A DNA stretch of 64,000 nt, from the sequence record MT127620. One strand, written 5' to 3'. Below are positions 1 to 9,307 of this stretch, piece after piece; position 1 is the stretch's first letter; each line of letters begins with the position of its first letter. The translations under genes were made by a program, and so were the position numbers. This stretch comes from Escherichia phage PGN6866. The notes beneath the pieces are model-generated. The model was not told where the DNA came from, ran no database searches, and saw nothing but the letters and a program-made list of their open reading frames with translations.

Positions 1-469
1 AATCACCTTTTTCACCTTGAGCGCCATCTTTACCATCAATGCCATCTTTACCATCAATGCCATCTTTACCATCAATGCCATCTTTACCATCAATGCCATC
101 TTTACCATCAATGCCATCTTTACCATCAATGCCATCTTTACCATCAATGCCATCTTTACCATCAATGCCATCTTTACCATTGATGCCAGCCGATCCAGTA
201 TCACCTTTTAAGCCCTGCTCTCCGCGATCACCCTTGTCACCTTTCGGACCTTGTTCGCCTTGAATACCCTGCAATCCTTGCTCCCCTCGGTCGCCTTTCT
301 CTCCCTGATCACCTTTTTCACCTTTAAACCAATCTCCGATACCGCAACCATTGGTAGATTGACCTACACCACAGCCTCCATTGCCATTGCCATTGTTTCC
401 ACTTTTAGCAAAAATAGGCGATGCCATTACGGACAGAGCTAAGATTGAGGATAATACAATTGCTTTCAT
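1..469 (-). CDS. collagen-like Gly-X-Y repeat protein with N-terminal signal peptide; 3' end runs off window start
   Basis: Minus-strand ATG at 469..467; N-terminus MKAIVLSSILALSVMASPIFA then GEKGDQGEKGDRGEQG... and (GIDGKD)n; not in ORF track because no stop in window. Confidence 0.55.
   Translation of the reverse strand, partial: MKAIVLSSILALSVMASPIFAKSGNNGNGNGGCGVGQSTNGCGIGDWFKGEKGDQGEKGDRGEQGLQGIQGEQGPKGDKGDRGEQGLKGDTGSAGINGKDGIDGKDGIDGKDGIDGKDGIDGKDGIDGKDGIDGKDGIDGKDGIDGKDGAQGEKGD
23..184. repeat. 18-bp tandem repeat GCCATCTTTACCATCAAT, 8 perfect copies plus 1 variant
   Basis: Counted directly; encodes GIDGKD repeats on minus strand and creates artefactual plus-strand ORFs. Confidence 0.9.
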
Positions 470-841
470 TTCATAGATTCCTATACAGTAGACATAAAAA
501 AGCCCCAGCCGTAGCCGGGGCAAACCTGAAAGCAACACATGACCGTTGCTATAAATACACTCGCAAATGTACTTACAGCAACGCAAAAAGCCGCTCAAAG
601 GCGGCTATGCGGAAGCTTCAAATGGGGAGAGGGCACGACGCGACAGAAAGAGCGTCATAGTACTAAAAGAGAGGGGTGCTATTCCGTAATGATTCCCTAT
701 CCCTTTCTCTACTTCTAGATTCTATCTCCTTCTTTAGCAAATCGTTTTCTTCTTGCAAGGATGCTACCAGATGAACCAAAACATCAACTACTGCATCACC
801 TTTCCGCATCTCTCTGACTTTATTTAGAATCTCTGAATAAA

Positions 842-1285
842 TCATTTTACCCTCGCCTCTTTTATGGGGTCAATGTATTTTTCAACTCCCCATTTGTGTT
901 TACTATCTGCGTAGAAAACATCAGGCGCACACTGACTTGTCTTAGGAAATGCTTGAGGGTCTTTAGTGCTACCTTTAAACTTCTGTTTACCACGGGTGCG
1001 ACCATTACAGAAGATTTCTAACTTCTTCTCCTCTTCTGTTTTAGCTCCCCCGCTCTGTAACAAAGAACGTTTATGATCGGCTAACAATAACGCATCAGCA
1101 CGATGAACACGATGGCCTACACGTTTTGCCACACTGGAAGGAACATGGGATTCAGCCTCAGCCTTTGCAGCACGACGTTTTAAACTACGCTTACTAACGT
1201 GATTAGTTGCCTTCGGTTTCTCTTTCTCCAGTTCAGAGATAGCAAAACAACGCCCGCCCTTCATGCTGATTTTAGATTTAGCCAC
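842..1285 (-). CDS. hypothetical basic protein
   Basis: 147-aa ORF, K/R-rich, in a co-oriented gene string. Confidence 0.4.
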   Translation of the reverse strand: MAKSKISMKGGRCFAISELEKEKPKATNHVSKRSLKRRAAKAEAESHVPSSVAKRVGHRVHRADALLLADHKRSLLQSGGAKTEEEKKLEIFCNGRTRGKQKFKGSTKDPQAFPKTSQCAPDVFYADSKHKWGVEKYIDPIKEARVK

Positions 1286-1354
1286 AATCTTATTCCTTTC
1301 AGTGATAAGTTATATCGGGCAAGCCCATCAAGTCGATAGGCTTGAACAAATAAC

Positions 1355-1564
1355 TTAATCAAGTAAACTAAACGATTTCCAACTGCGTAGCAGGATTGTA
1401 CCGTCATCCATAGCTACGCATAACTTTAACAGTTTCTTGTTAGCACTACTCACCGTTGTAATTCGTCCAGTTGTACATTTACCTTTATTGCTGTAAAGAT
1501 ATACAACACGACGGCCTAACAAGCGGGAAGGTGCTTTCTTAAATTCTGAAATGTTAGTGATCAT
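1355..1564 (-). CDS. hypothetical protein
   Basis: 69-aa ORF in co-oriented string. Confidence 0.3.
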   Translation of the reverse strand: MITNISEFKKAPSRLLGRRVVYLYSNKGKCTTGRITTVSSANKKLLKLCVAMDDGTILLRSWKSFSLLD

Positions 1565-1785
1565 AATGCTTGATACCTTTGAATGTGTTCAATACGGGTG
1601 GATTGAGCAAATGACGCTTTAACAGCCATTTTCCTAACTTCTTCTTTACGCTGGTTAGTGTGTACAGTATCCCAATGATTGTTATCACGTTGGCGCTGTA
1701 ATATCTTACTACATTTGCGATGGTTTCCCGTGCTGCGATGTTTCTCACAAATAGGACACTTACCAAAATTATTACTGAATATCAT
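1561..1785 (-). CDS. hypothetical Cys/His-containing protein
   Basis: 74-aa ORF with CPICEKH...NH...H; preferred over the overlapping 1554..1766 frame. Confidence 0.3.
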   Translation of the reverse strand: MIFSNNFGKCPICEKHRSTGNHRKCSKILQRQRDNNHWDTVHTNQRKEEVRKMAVKASFAQSTRIEHIQRYQAL

Positions 1786-2009
1786 TTTCTCAATCCCAAC
1801 TTTCTTAAGATACGGCCTAACGTTGTTTCTTGCGTGATAATATAGCTGATTGCTTCACGTTCCAATGTTTCAATCTTCATTGGTGACGGATACCATTCAC
1901 CGGTAATAACACATTTACATTCAACGCCATACTTTTTAGATAGGCGGTAATGTTGACCGTTGACAAGATTCCTATAAATCGTGGTATGCGTAATTAACAT
2001 GATCATCAC
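1782..2009 (-). CDS. hypothetical protein
   Basis: 75-aa ORF, stop/start coupled to neighbour. Confidence 0.3.
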   Translation of the reverse strand: MMIMLITHTTIYRNLVNGQHYRLSKKYGVECKCVITGEWYPSPMKIETLEREAISYIITQETTLGRILRKLGLRK

Positions 2010-2053
2010 CTTTGATTAAATTCTTTGATTAATGCACTGAATCAATGCACTGA

Positions 2054-2089
2054 TAAAAGAAAAGGCGCTACCCGTTAAGATAGCGCCTT
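2054..2089 (-). terminator. putative rho-independent terminator (minus strand)
   Basis: Inverted repeat AAGGCGCT/AGCGCCTT 2062..2089 followed by T-run on minus strand, just downstream of gene 2112..3011. Confidence 0.4.
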
Positions 2090-2111
2090 ATGTTTATTCA
2101 AATTGTCTTAC

Positions 2112-3011
2112 TTATGCCGCCTGACGTGCCGCCATAATTTCAGCCGCTTTACGCAACACTTCTTCCTCTTCTGCTTTCGCCGCTTGTTCGGTACGGGTAG
2201 CAACCGTTGAAGAGATACGACCGCGCAGACTTTCTAACTTCTCCTGCATAGCTGCAACAGTCTTTTCCATTTCATCAGCGTATGAATCGAGTGATTCTAA
2301 TTCCTTGCTTGATGCGTTCATCAGATAATCATCCGAGATCGCTACCGTTGAGGCCGTGACTTTCTTGATGAGTGAATCAAAGGACTTTTTAACCTTCCCA
2401 ACTTCTTCACTCAGGGCGATAGTGTTATCGCTAGTTGCGCCGTTGCGCTCATCAGCCAGTAATTTGGCTTCAATACGGATTGCATTCAAGCGTTCAACTA
2501 AAGCGTAAATATCCTGATTAAAATCTTCCTTGTTTTTCGCCGGAATTTGCAGGTGTGCCGCCACGTTGTCATTACAACCCTTGTAAAAGTTAGGGTTATC
2601 AACTTCAATTTCACGGCCTAAAGCAAAGTTTTCGAAAGCGTTTGACCAGCGAGCGCGGTTTTGTTCCATTTTGGCCTTAATTTGTGCTTCTTTCGCGTCT
2701 TCTTTAGCTTTCGCCTCACCTTCCAGATTAATCCACTTTTTACGACCATTTGCCGCATCGGTGTTAAACTTGATAGGAGTTAAGAAAGTAATTGCAGTGG
2801 CAATCACATCCATATCACGAAAACGTTCAGTTAACAAGAAGTCAACCGCCGTCTGCAATACGTCCAGCTTTTTACCATTACTGCGGAAGTGCTGCAAGTG
2901 CCCTAACAGGAAGTTAGAAACATCTTGTTTGATCGCCGCGTTATTGCTACGAATGTTGTTAGCCAGTGCGTTAAAACCGGATTCGTTAACCAGAGTAAAG
3001 ATTTTTGCCAT
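2112..3011 (-). CDS. hypothetical protein with coiled-coil-like C-terminus
   Basis: ATG at 3011 (MAKIF...) preceded by AGGTGA; the track start at 3020 is a GTG extension. Confidence 0.5.
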   Translation of the reverse strand: MAKIFTLVNESGFNALANNIRSNNAAIKQDVSNFLLGHLQHFRSNGKKLDVLQTAVDFLLTERFRDMDVIATAITFLTPIKFNTDAANGRKKWINLEGEAKAKEDAKEAQIKAKMEQNRARWSNAFENFALGREIEVDNPNFYKGCNDNVAAHLQIPAKNKEDFNQDIYALVERLNAIRIEAKLLADERNGATSDNTIALSEEVGKVKKSFDSLIKKVTASTVAISDDYLMNASSKELESLDSYADEMEKTVAAMQEKLESLRGRISSTVATRTEQAAKAEEEEVLRKAAEIMAARQAA

Positions 3012-4343
3012 GATATTCACCTTTCAATTGTAAGGGCGCTATTGCCCCGCTCTCTATGAGCTTATTTAAGTCACTATTAACTTAACTATAACCACTCGTT
3101 GTTAAGTAGTTATAGGTAAGCGGGGCGGTCTTATCAGGAGTTAACCTTGCCGCCCCCTTATCCGTGATGTTTCATCTGGTATCTTTAATTAGTCGCTATA
3201 AACGAAGCCGACCTGATAGCGATGATCAATCATCACAATAAGGCTATGCGTCCGACTCTATTTAATTACATTGCTGTAACCGTCGGCAATATCGTCTACT
3301 TTGTTTTCGCTCCCGCTTATCCTTTTGTATCAGCTCTCTATCGCTAGTCATCGCCCACTACGGGATACTATTGCGAAAGAGTCACTAACCGCCTAGTATT
3401 CCGGCGTTTTATATCTTTCGGCGGGTTTACTACATAACCCGACTATGTACTTTCATCTTGTGATGAATCTCAAGCCGTTCACATCGTAAACGTTCGCATT
3501 AAACCTTATTGTTAAATAGCAATTTGCCACTTTTTAACCACTCCCCGCCGCTCTCAATTGAGCGTTAATTCGTCGGGCTTGCCTACCCTGATTAACTTCT
3601 TTCACTGTAGCGCCTTGTTAGCGATGACCGCCGCTACCCTTAACCGTGGGCGATTAGCTTAAGTCTTTGCGTACACTCAATGAATCCGTTTATCAGTGGT
3701 GACGTTTCCAGTAAGGGAATGTAAAACTGTTTACCCTGATAATTTAGGGAGTTTTACGCCGTTTTATCTGGTATGTTATCCGATGGTTATTATCATCTAA
3801 CATATTCAACCGATATAGGAGAATGTTTAAATTATTAAAGAGCGGTAAATCTATCAGTGTGCTTTCTCACACTATGCAACTGTTAGCCGTTGTTACGCTT
3901 TTCACTGAAGCGATGATTTGCTTAGTGAGTGCTCATTATGAATCATGTTGTTTTCGCTGTCAACCGCTTTTTAATCTTTTTTCGTCGTTCCCGCTATTGG
4001 GAGGATATATCAATCAGCTTTATTTGATTGAAGATTAAGCGGTGAGGCTTAACTTATGATTCATATTGTTAAAGAGCGTTTTTTAGCCTTTTATAGTGTC
4101 TGCTAATCACTGCATCATTGAAGGCTTACTGATTCATTAACAGGACGCCTAACCCTGAACTACTCGCTGCACTATGTGCCACCTTTCCCGCGATACGTTG
4201 ATTTGGGAACTTGTTAGCGGTGTATCTGCTAACTTGTGGTTAGTATGGACTACTTTAACCACGTTTGCAACTCTTTTTATCATCTTCTTTTAATTCCTTT
4301 CCCTTATCTCGCGTGAATCTATGCGAAAGGGCAAGATGATAAG

Positions 4344-4359
4344 TTTTTAAAGAGCGGGA
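4344..4359. repeat. copy 1 of 15-mer TTTTTAAAGAGCGGG
   Basis: Identical 15-mer also at 4451..4465; shorter TTAAAGAGCG versions at 3835..3845 and 4069..4078. Confidence 0.8.
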
Positions 4360-4450
4360 TTTTTAAGTCATCGCTGACTATGCTCACTATATATCAGGCT
4401 GTTTTCGGTGTCAATACTCTTTTTGAGAATATTTTCACTTTCTAGCCTGA

Positions 4451-4465
4451 TTTTTAAAGAGCGGG
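4451..4465. repeat. copy 2 of 15-mer TTTTTAAAGAGCGGG
   Basis: Direct reading. Confidence 0.8.
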
Positions 4466-4692
4466 GGCAAGTTTCCTTGCCTTGTATGTTTTACATCGTA
4501 CCCGATGAATTGAAGTATACATTAACCAATGATGGTTGCAATAGGGTAAAGCAAATTATTTTAAACTTTTTTATAGTGGGATAGATAAAAGAACGGGCGC
4601 GCGTGATACATCATAGGAAACGGCTTGTAAAGCAACAATAAGCGTCCTAAAACGCATCACAACGAGCTAAAAGGGAGTAAGGCATACAATCA

Positions 4693-4726
4693 CCTCATAA
4701 AAGAGAAAAGCCTCACTAGGAGGCTT
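4693..4726 (-). terminator. putative rho-independent terminator (minus strand)
   Basis: 7-bp stem AAGCCTC/GAGGCTT 4708..4726 followed by T-rich run on minus strand, downstream of gene 4802..5176. Confidence 0.4.
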
Positions 4727-4801
4727 ACAGGAAGGATTAGAGAATCAGATAAATTATGACCATAGGCATGACTACGGCACAATACAGGAGAAAGATTAAG
4801 C

Positions 4802-5176
4802 CTATGGATTTACACATTGACCGTTACCGGATGCCATTTCATTCATGGACTCATCAAAGAGCGTCAACGATGAGCGCATCAAGTGATCGACCGTAATTTG
4901 CTTACCAGTGGTTTCATTTACCAGTTGAATAGTTTTATCATATGATTGTACATGTTCAAAATCATTTACATGTAAAATAATAACCTTAGGTGACTTTTTA
5001 CCAGTTTCATAGTTTTCTACAATATAGGTGCACTGTAAACCGTCAACCGTAGCAGGGGAGAACGTTGCAGCCTTAACGCTACCCATAGCCGACAGCAGGA
5101 CACCTAACAGGAGAACGACAAGGAAGAAGCCTACAAATACTTTCACTACGAATTTAATAATACCCATGATAATCAA
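4802..5176 (-). CDS. membrane-anchored hypothetical protein
   Basis: 124 aa; N-terminal hydrophobic segment FVVKVFVGFFLVVLLLGVLL. Confidence 0.45.
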   Translation of the reverse strand: MIIMGIIKFVVKVFVGFFLVVLLLGVLLSAMGSVKAATFSPATVDGLQCTYIVENYETGKKSPKVIILHVNDFEHVQSYDKTIQLVNETTGKQITVDHLMRSSLTLFDESMNEMASGNGQCVNP

Positions 5177-5266
5177 CCTTTAGTTAGAGAATGTAAGAAT
5201 ACAGCATATCAGCGACGAATAACGCCACCGTAGCAACGAACAAGCAACGCCAAAAATAATCATGAA

Positions 5267-5542
5267 TCATTGGTTGCTATCCTCGCCAAAAAATGATACG
5301 CTGATTTGTTCCACTTCTTCCAGCGACAGAAGAATCCCGCGTTGGGCTAAATACTTCCCAATAGTTAGATAATCTTGCACTAAGCAGACAATAGGAAAGC
5401 GTATATTTTGTATCTCACCTTTGGAAAGAAAAGACAAATAACCAACGTCGGTTGATTCATCAAAGGATAGTGTAACGCCACCGTAATTATGCGTGTCAAT
5501 CAGCGCAATAGTTTCATTCCCCATAACGTTTCCAATCCTCAT
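5267..5542 (-). CDS. hypothetical protein
   Basis: 91-aa ORF; true start may be the internal Met at 5524. Confidence 0.35.
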   Translation of the reverse strand: MRIGNVMGNETIALIDTHNYGGVTLSFDESTDVGYLSFLSKGEIQNIRFPIVCLVQDYLTIGKYLAQRGILLSLEEVEQISVSFFGEDSNQ

Positions 5543-5744
5543 AATGATTAACTAGTGCCTGATAATCGTCAGATGATAACTCACCGCCTAAATAGGCAAC
5601 GGTTATGCGTGCTTTGTATTCTGACAAATTGCATAGCGCGGGAGCGGATAACCTGCTTTCGCCATAACATCCTAGCACTTCAACGATACAACCGTTTAAA
5701 GATACTGATTTATTAATCACGATACGGTTAGCCATTAATATCAT
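5514..5744 (-). CDS. hypothetical protein
   Basis: 76-aa ORF, short overlaps with neighbours. Confidence 0.35.
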   Translation of the reverse strand: MILMANRIVINKSVSLNGCIVEVLGCYGESRLSAPALCNLSEYKARITVAYLGGELSSDDYQALVNHYEDWKRYGE

Positions 5745-5991
5745 CCTTAATTAGCCCATGATTGAGCAGGTTAGCCAGCGACAAATCACCGTCAATATAG
5801 ATTGATTTGAAATCTTCACGGGTAATTTCGAAATCAGCAAAGGCTAGCCAATCTTTAAGAGGCTGATATTCCATCCTGCAAAAAGTGATAACAGGCAAGA
5901 TTATCTGACCATCAAGTGTATTAAACAGGATAGATTGCCCACCAACAAAACAAGAAAAGCCGTTTGATAATTTAACTTCTTTGATAGCCAT
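5728..5991 (-). CDS. hypothetical protein
   Basis: 87-aa ORF. Confidence 0.35.
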   Translation of the reverse strand: MAIKEVKLSNGFSCFVGGQSILFNTLDGQIILPVITFCRMEYQPLKDWLAFADFEITREDFKSIYIDGDLSLANLLNHGLIKDDING

Positions 5992-6016
5992 TTTTACACT
6001 CCTGAAAATAGGTTAT

Positions 6017-6508
6017 TTATTTACTAGCCTTAATACAGTTGGCTAAATTAACGTGAACGGTATAAACAGCGTTATCAGCGTTATTGTAAACAGTTGTGGC
6101 GATCATTGACTCATTAACTGGGCCATAGCTCACAAGATTGGTAACAGCTTTAACGTCTTTGTAACGTTGTACAGTGCCAAATGTCACCATGTCCGCATCG
6201 TTATCAGTACGCTTGAGAACTAGATCATTGTTAGGCTGATTATCTAACGTTTTAGATTGAAAGAGAACGCCATTATTAGTAACGTTGCTAAATTTCATCT
6301 TTAGCACAATGGTAGTGCCGTCACTATCCGCACCGTTGCAAATCATCCAACCTTTGTTGATGGAACTAACGAAAACACTAGCCGCATCAGTTGCAGGAGC
6401 AGGACTAGCAACAGCCTTGTCAGAAAGAGATGTGACCAGTGCACTAACACCAATCGCTGCAACCAGTGCATAACTTGCCAGATTAACTACCTGCATTGAT
6501 TTAGCCAT
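6017..6508 (-). CDS. secreted hypothetical protein (signal peptide)
   Basis: 163 aa; N-terminal hydrophobic signal-like segment then Ser/Thr/Asn-rich body. Confidence 0.5.
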   Translation of the reverse strand: MAKSMQVVNLASYALVAAIGVSALVTSLSDKAVASPAPATDAASVFVSSINKGWMICNGADSDGTTIVLKMKFSNVTNNGVLFQSKTLDNQPNNDLVLKRTDNDADMVTFGTVQRYKDVKAVTNLVSYGPVNESMIATTVYNNADNAVYTVHVNLANCIKASK

Positions 6509-6561
6509 TTGTGAAGCCTCTTTGATATGTATTAGATAGGGATATAATAGGACACGATTTC

Positions 6562-6753
6562 CTACATTGCAACCATCTTTCTAACTTTCTTGTTACTGAA
6601 TTTAGCGCCGGTAAACTTACTCGTCTTATCTTTCGGGTTTAGCTTGCTATCGGTGAACAACTCGACCACTTCACAAGCAATCAGGGCAAGCAAAGGAAGC
6701 ACTACAGCCATGACCATCATAATCAGGACAACCATTTCTATTACTCCAACCAC
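6562..6753 (-). CDS. small membrane protein
   Basis: 63 aa; strongly hydrophobic N-terminus, basic C-terminus. Confidence 0.4.
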   Translation of the reverse strand: MVGVIEMVVLIMMVMAVVLPLLALIACEVVELFTDSKLNPKDKTSKFTGAKFSNKKVRKMVAM

Positions 6754-7418
6754 TCAATCGATAGCTTCAATTTACTACTACTTAATAAGGAAAGCAAGTG
6801 CCACGGGTAAACTATTTCTACTATCTATATAGGACGGGGAACACACAACCGCAGAACAGACCACGGGGAAACATAGCAAGATAGTGCGGTAGTAATATAC
6901 CACTTAAATAATTAGTTAACTATTAATAGCATTACTCAAACATCAAAGACCATTCGCTACGCTCATGTACGCTGAAAAAAGAAGTAATAAAAGAAACAAT
7001 AAACATCAAACATAATCTTTCCACTTAATTAATACATACATCATTATTGCACTCATAATCATTACTATTGAAACTATTATCAACGTAACTATGGGGGAAT
7101 GGGGTAGTAACTAGGGGGTATTATTAGCTTATTCATAGTGCCTTAATCTAATCATTATACAGTGCTAGCCTTTCTCTCACTCTTTAAAGGGGAACTAAAT
7201 AAACGGGTAGGTAATGTATTGGGTAGTATACACGGGGAAAGAATAACGGGGAGTAGGCACGGGGAAAGGTGGAACGTTGAAAGGGAAGGTAAAGGCATTG
7301 CCAATAACCCTTTTTTAAATGAGGACTCCCCCTTTTTAGGAAACACGCGGGAAGCGGCTAGCCCCATTCGGTCAAATCAGAATTTTAAACTCTTATATAT
7401 AAGGTTGAAAGAGAACTT

Positions 7419-7586
7419 ATGTGGAAAATTAAGTTAATCATTAAGCAATTCAAATGTGATCATGAGTACTATCGGATACGCAAAGCTTACGGGGATGAAA
7501 GAGTTCACACCCTTTATAAGTCCACTTGGAGATGTAGTAAATGTGGCAAGCTTAAACACAGCACATGGATGGACAGACCTTAACGT
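7419..7586 (+). CDS. small zinc-ribbon-like protein (55 aa)
   Basis: ATG at 7419; MWKIKLIIKQFKCDHEYY...WRCSKCGK; weak Shine-Dalgarno; below track cut-off. Confidence 0.3.
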
Positions 7587-7625
7587 GACATGGCCTTAAC
7601 ATGAGGGTGCCTTAACATGAAGTCC
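7578..7625. repeat. three direct repeats CCTTAAC(A/G)TGA at 16-bp spacing, followed by CCTTTA-type repeats to about 7730
   Basis: CCTTAACGTGACATGG / CCTTAACATGAGGGTG / CCTTAACATGAAGTCC read directly. Confidence 0.7.
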
Positions 7626-7736
7626 CCTTTATGACATGCCCTTTACTTCAGCGTACACGGGTTGTTGGTATGAAGTGGCCTTTACGGGTAGGTCTTATGA
7701 TGTGCCCTTTATACTCTTATTCAGAGGAGAAGAATT

Positions 7737-7991
7737 ATGGATTTAGTATTAGACTTTTTATCAGAGATGGTGCCTCGGTTCAGAACAGAGACATACGCTT
7801 TCGTAATCAACAGTGACTCTGAAGAAGGGATGGAAGCTACATGCTTAGGTCGTCTTGTTGATTTAGATGATGAAACAGATTTCGATATTACAATTGATGT
7901 AAGTAGTTTTGGTTGGCTCTTCTTCAGAGCATTCCGCACTTACAGAAAAGAAACATACAAAGATTACAGCAAGGGAGATACAAATGAATAA
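7737..7991 (+). CDS. hypothetical acidic protein
   Basis: Shine-Dalgarno GAGGAG upstream; first gene of rightward block. Confidence 0.45.
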   Translation: MDLVLDFLSEMVPRFRTETYAFVINSDSEEGMEATCLGRLVDLDDETDFDITIDVSSFGWLFFRAFRTYRKETYKDYSKGDTNE

Positions 7992-8616
7992 TCCAATAAC
8001 CGCAGTGAATATGGAAGGTGTTTATGGAGGTAGTTTCCCTTCTGGTTCTCCTTTCCACACTAAAGCGATGGACCTTAACGATTACAATTCACAGCTATGT
8101 CGCTCTGGTTGCAGCTTACAGCATTTAGAAACTATGGGAAATGTTTCAGGCTTAGCTGTACAAGATTTATATAGTGGAAGTATTCTTAAACCAAATATTA
8201 CGGAGAACAAAAATATGTTAGATTTGATTCATACTACTCGTCCTAATTCTAAAACTAAAACACAACCATCTACTCTGGAAGTAGTTGAATATGAATCTAC
8301 TAAACACGATCACCTCCCTGACTATGCTCGTGCAATGATTGAGATGATTGAAGAAGCTGAATATGAAATGCTCCATGATTACATTACCTCCAAAGATGAA
8401 TGGCATCGTGATGTTCGAATCGAAGAGGATGGTACAGAAACAATTACGTGGATTCACAAGAGTGAGCTAGTAGACGACGCACTGCGAGACTACGAAAAAT
8501 TTTTGGTCGACGGCTCTATTCTTTTAGAGGAAGAGAAGGGTGCAGAACTTCCGTGGGAAGGTGAGACGATTGCTCTTGGTAAGATGTTTAACCTGTCCGT
8601 TGGTGATTGTAAGTAA
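7984..8616 (+). CDS. hypothetical protein
   Basis: ATG at 7984 with AGGGAGA upstream, ATGAATAA overlap with upstream stop; track start 7909 is an extension. Confidence 0.5.
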   Translation: MNNPITAVNMEGVYGGSFPSGSPFHTKAMDLNDYNSQLCRSGCSLQHLETMGNVSGLAVQDLYSGSILKPNITENKNMLDLIHTTRPNSKTKTQPSTLEVVEYESTKHDHLPDYARAMIEMIEEAEYEMLHDYITSKDEWHRDVRIEEDGTETITWIHKSELVDDALRDYEKFLVDGSILLEEEKGAELPWEGETIALGKMFNLSVGDCK

Positions 8617-8621
8617 TATTT

Positions 8622-8650
8622 GCCTCCATTGGGAGGCTTTTTGTGTTGTT
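8622..8650 (+). terminator. putative rho-independent terminator
   Basis: GCCTCC-ATTG-GGAGGC hairpin followed by TTTTTGTGTTGTT. Confidence 0.5.
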
Positions 8651-8672
8651 GATAATGTAGAAGGAGTATAAA

Positions 8673-9146
8673 ATGTTTGGAGAAAACGGAGAACTCACGC
8701 CTGCACAGGTAGCTGAGATTACAGGAAGATTACCCGGAGTAACGGAAGAACTTGAAGGCCGTGGTATGAACCCAAGCAATGGGAAGTTTCAAAAGGGAAA
8801 TAAATTCGGACGACCCAGAGGTAGTAGAGGTAAACTGACACAATTAATGTTGGACCGTGTTGCTGCAAGTCATTTGTCTCCTGATGAAGTGTTAATTCAA
8901 ATTTACGAAGATCCTAATATTCCACCTGATCTTAGATTCAAGGCTGCATCAAAAGTTGCAGATCTGGTATATCCTAAGGCGGCCTCTGTTGAAGTTAAGA
9001 TTGAGGAAGAGAATGTAATCAACGAAGAATCATTGAATGCACAAATCAAGGACTTCTTGACTGGAGCACTTGGTATCGACGTTATGCCTCCAGAAGAAGA
9101 CAACTCTGAGGACGCTGAAAAGGGGGAGGAAGCGGACGAGAGTTAA
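8673..9146 (+). CDS. putative terminase small subunit
   Basis: 157-aa basic N-terminus and acidic C-terminus, immediately upstream of large terminase; positional inference. Confidence 0.4.
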   Translation: MFGENGELTPAQVAEITGRLPGVTEELEGRGMNPSNGKFQKGNKFGRPRGSRGKLTQLMLDRVAASHLSPDEVLIQIYEDPNIPPDLRFKAASKVADLVYPKAASVEVKIEEENVINEESLNAQIKDFLTGALGIDVMPPEEDNSEDAEKGEEADES

Positions 9147-9307
9147 GTAAAGGAAACAGGGAGCTGTCGAAGATCATCTGATTAGCAATCTGAGGATTGT
9201 TATAGTTTTATTGCCACGATGTTCTTTTGCAGTGTACCCTTGTAGTGGAGAGGGGAGGTTCTTTGACGAAGGGACTTTCCCTTTTCTATTTTTAAACTGG
9301 AGGAAGT

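Larger units (their letters stand above)
3030..4800. promoter_or_regulatory. long non-coding region with repeated motifs, candidate early promoter/regulatory region or genome-end region
   Basis: Only one weak ORF of 60 aa or more in 1.8 kb; repeated TTAAAGAGCG-containing motifs; candidate promoter motif at 4516..4524. Confidence 0.4.
6760..7736. promoter_or_regulatory. divergent control region between the leftward block and the rightward late block
   Basis: About 1 kb with no long ORF; AT-rich segment, G-rich CACGGGGAAAG x2 (about 7228..7270), direct repeats at 7578..7625. Confidence 0.45.

Noticed and set aside
17-442. Plus-strand ORFs 17..211, 39..263 and 251..442 with periodic translations
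   Set aside because: Artefacts of the 18-bp tandem repeat read in plus frames; the minus strand encodes a coherent signal peptide plus collagen-like protein.
1554-1766. Minus-strand ORF overlapping 1561..1785 in another frame
   Set aside because: Almost complete overlap; the 1561..1785 frame was preferred because its start is coupled to the upstream stop, though the choice is weakly supported.
2671-3033. Plus-strand 120-aa ORF
   Set aside because: Antisense to the better-supported minus-strand gene 2112..3011; no Shine-Dalgarno.
3823-4038. Plus-strand 71-aa ORF in the long non-coding region
   Set aside because: AGGAGA lies only 1-2 nt from the ATG; product is Cys/Phe-rich and hydrophobic with no recognisable motif; kept as unresolved, not called a gene.
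6285-7437. Plus- and minus-strand short ORFs (6285..6473, 6590..6832, 7155..7367, 7162..7437)
   Set aside because: Antisense to better genes or inside the repeat-rich control region without ribosome-binding sites; low-complexity translations.
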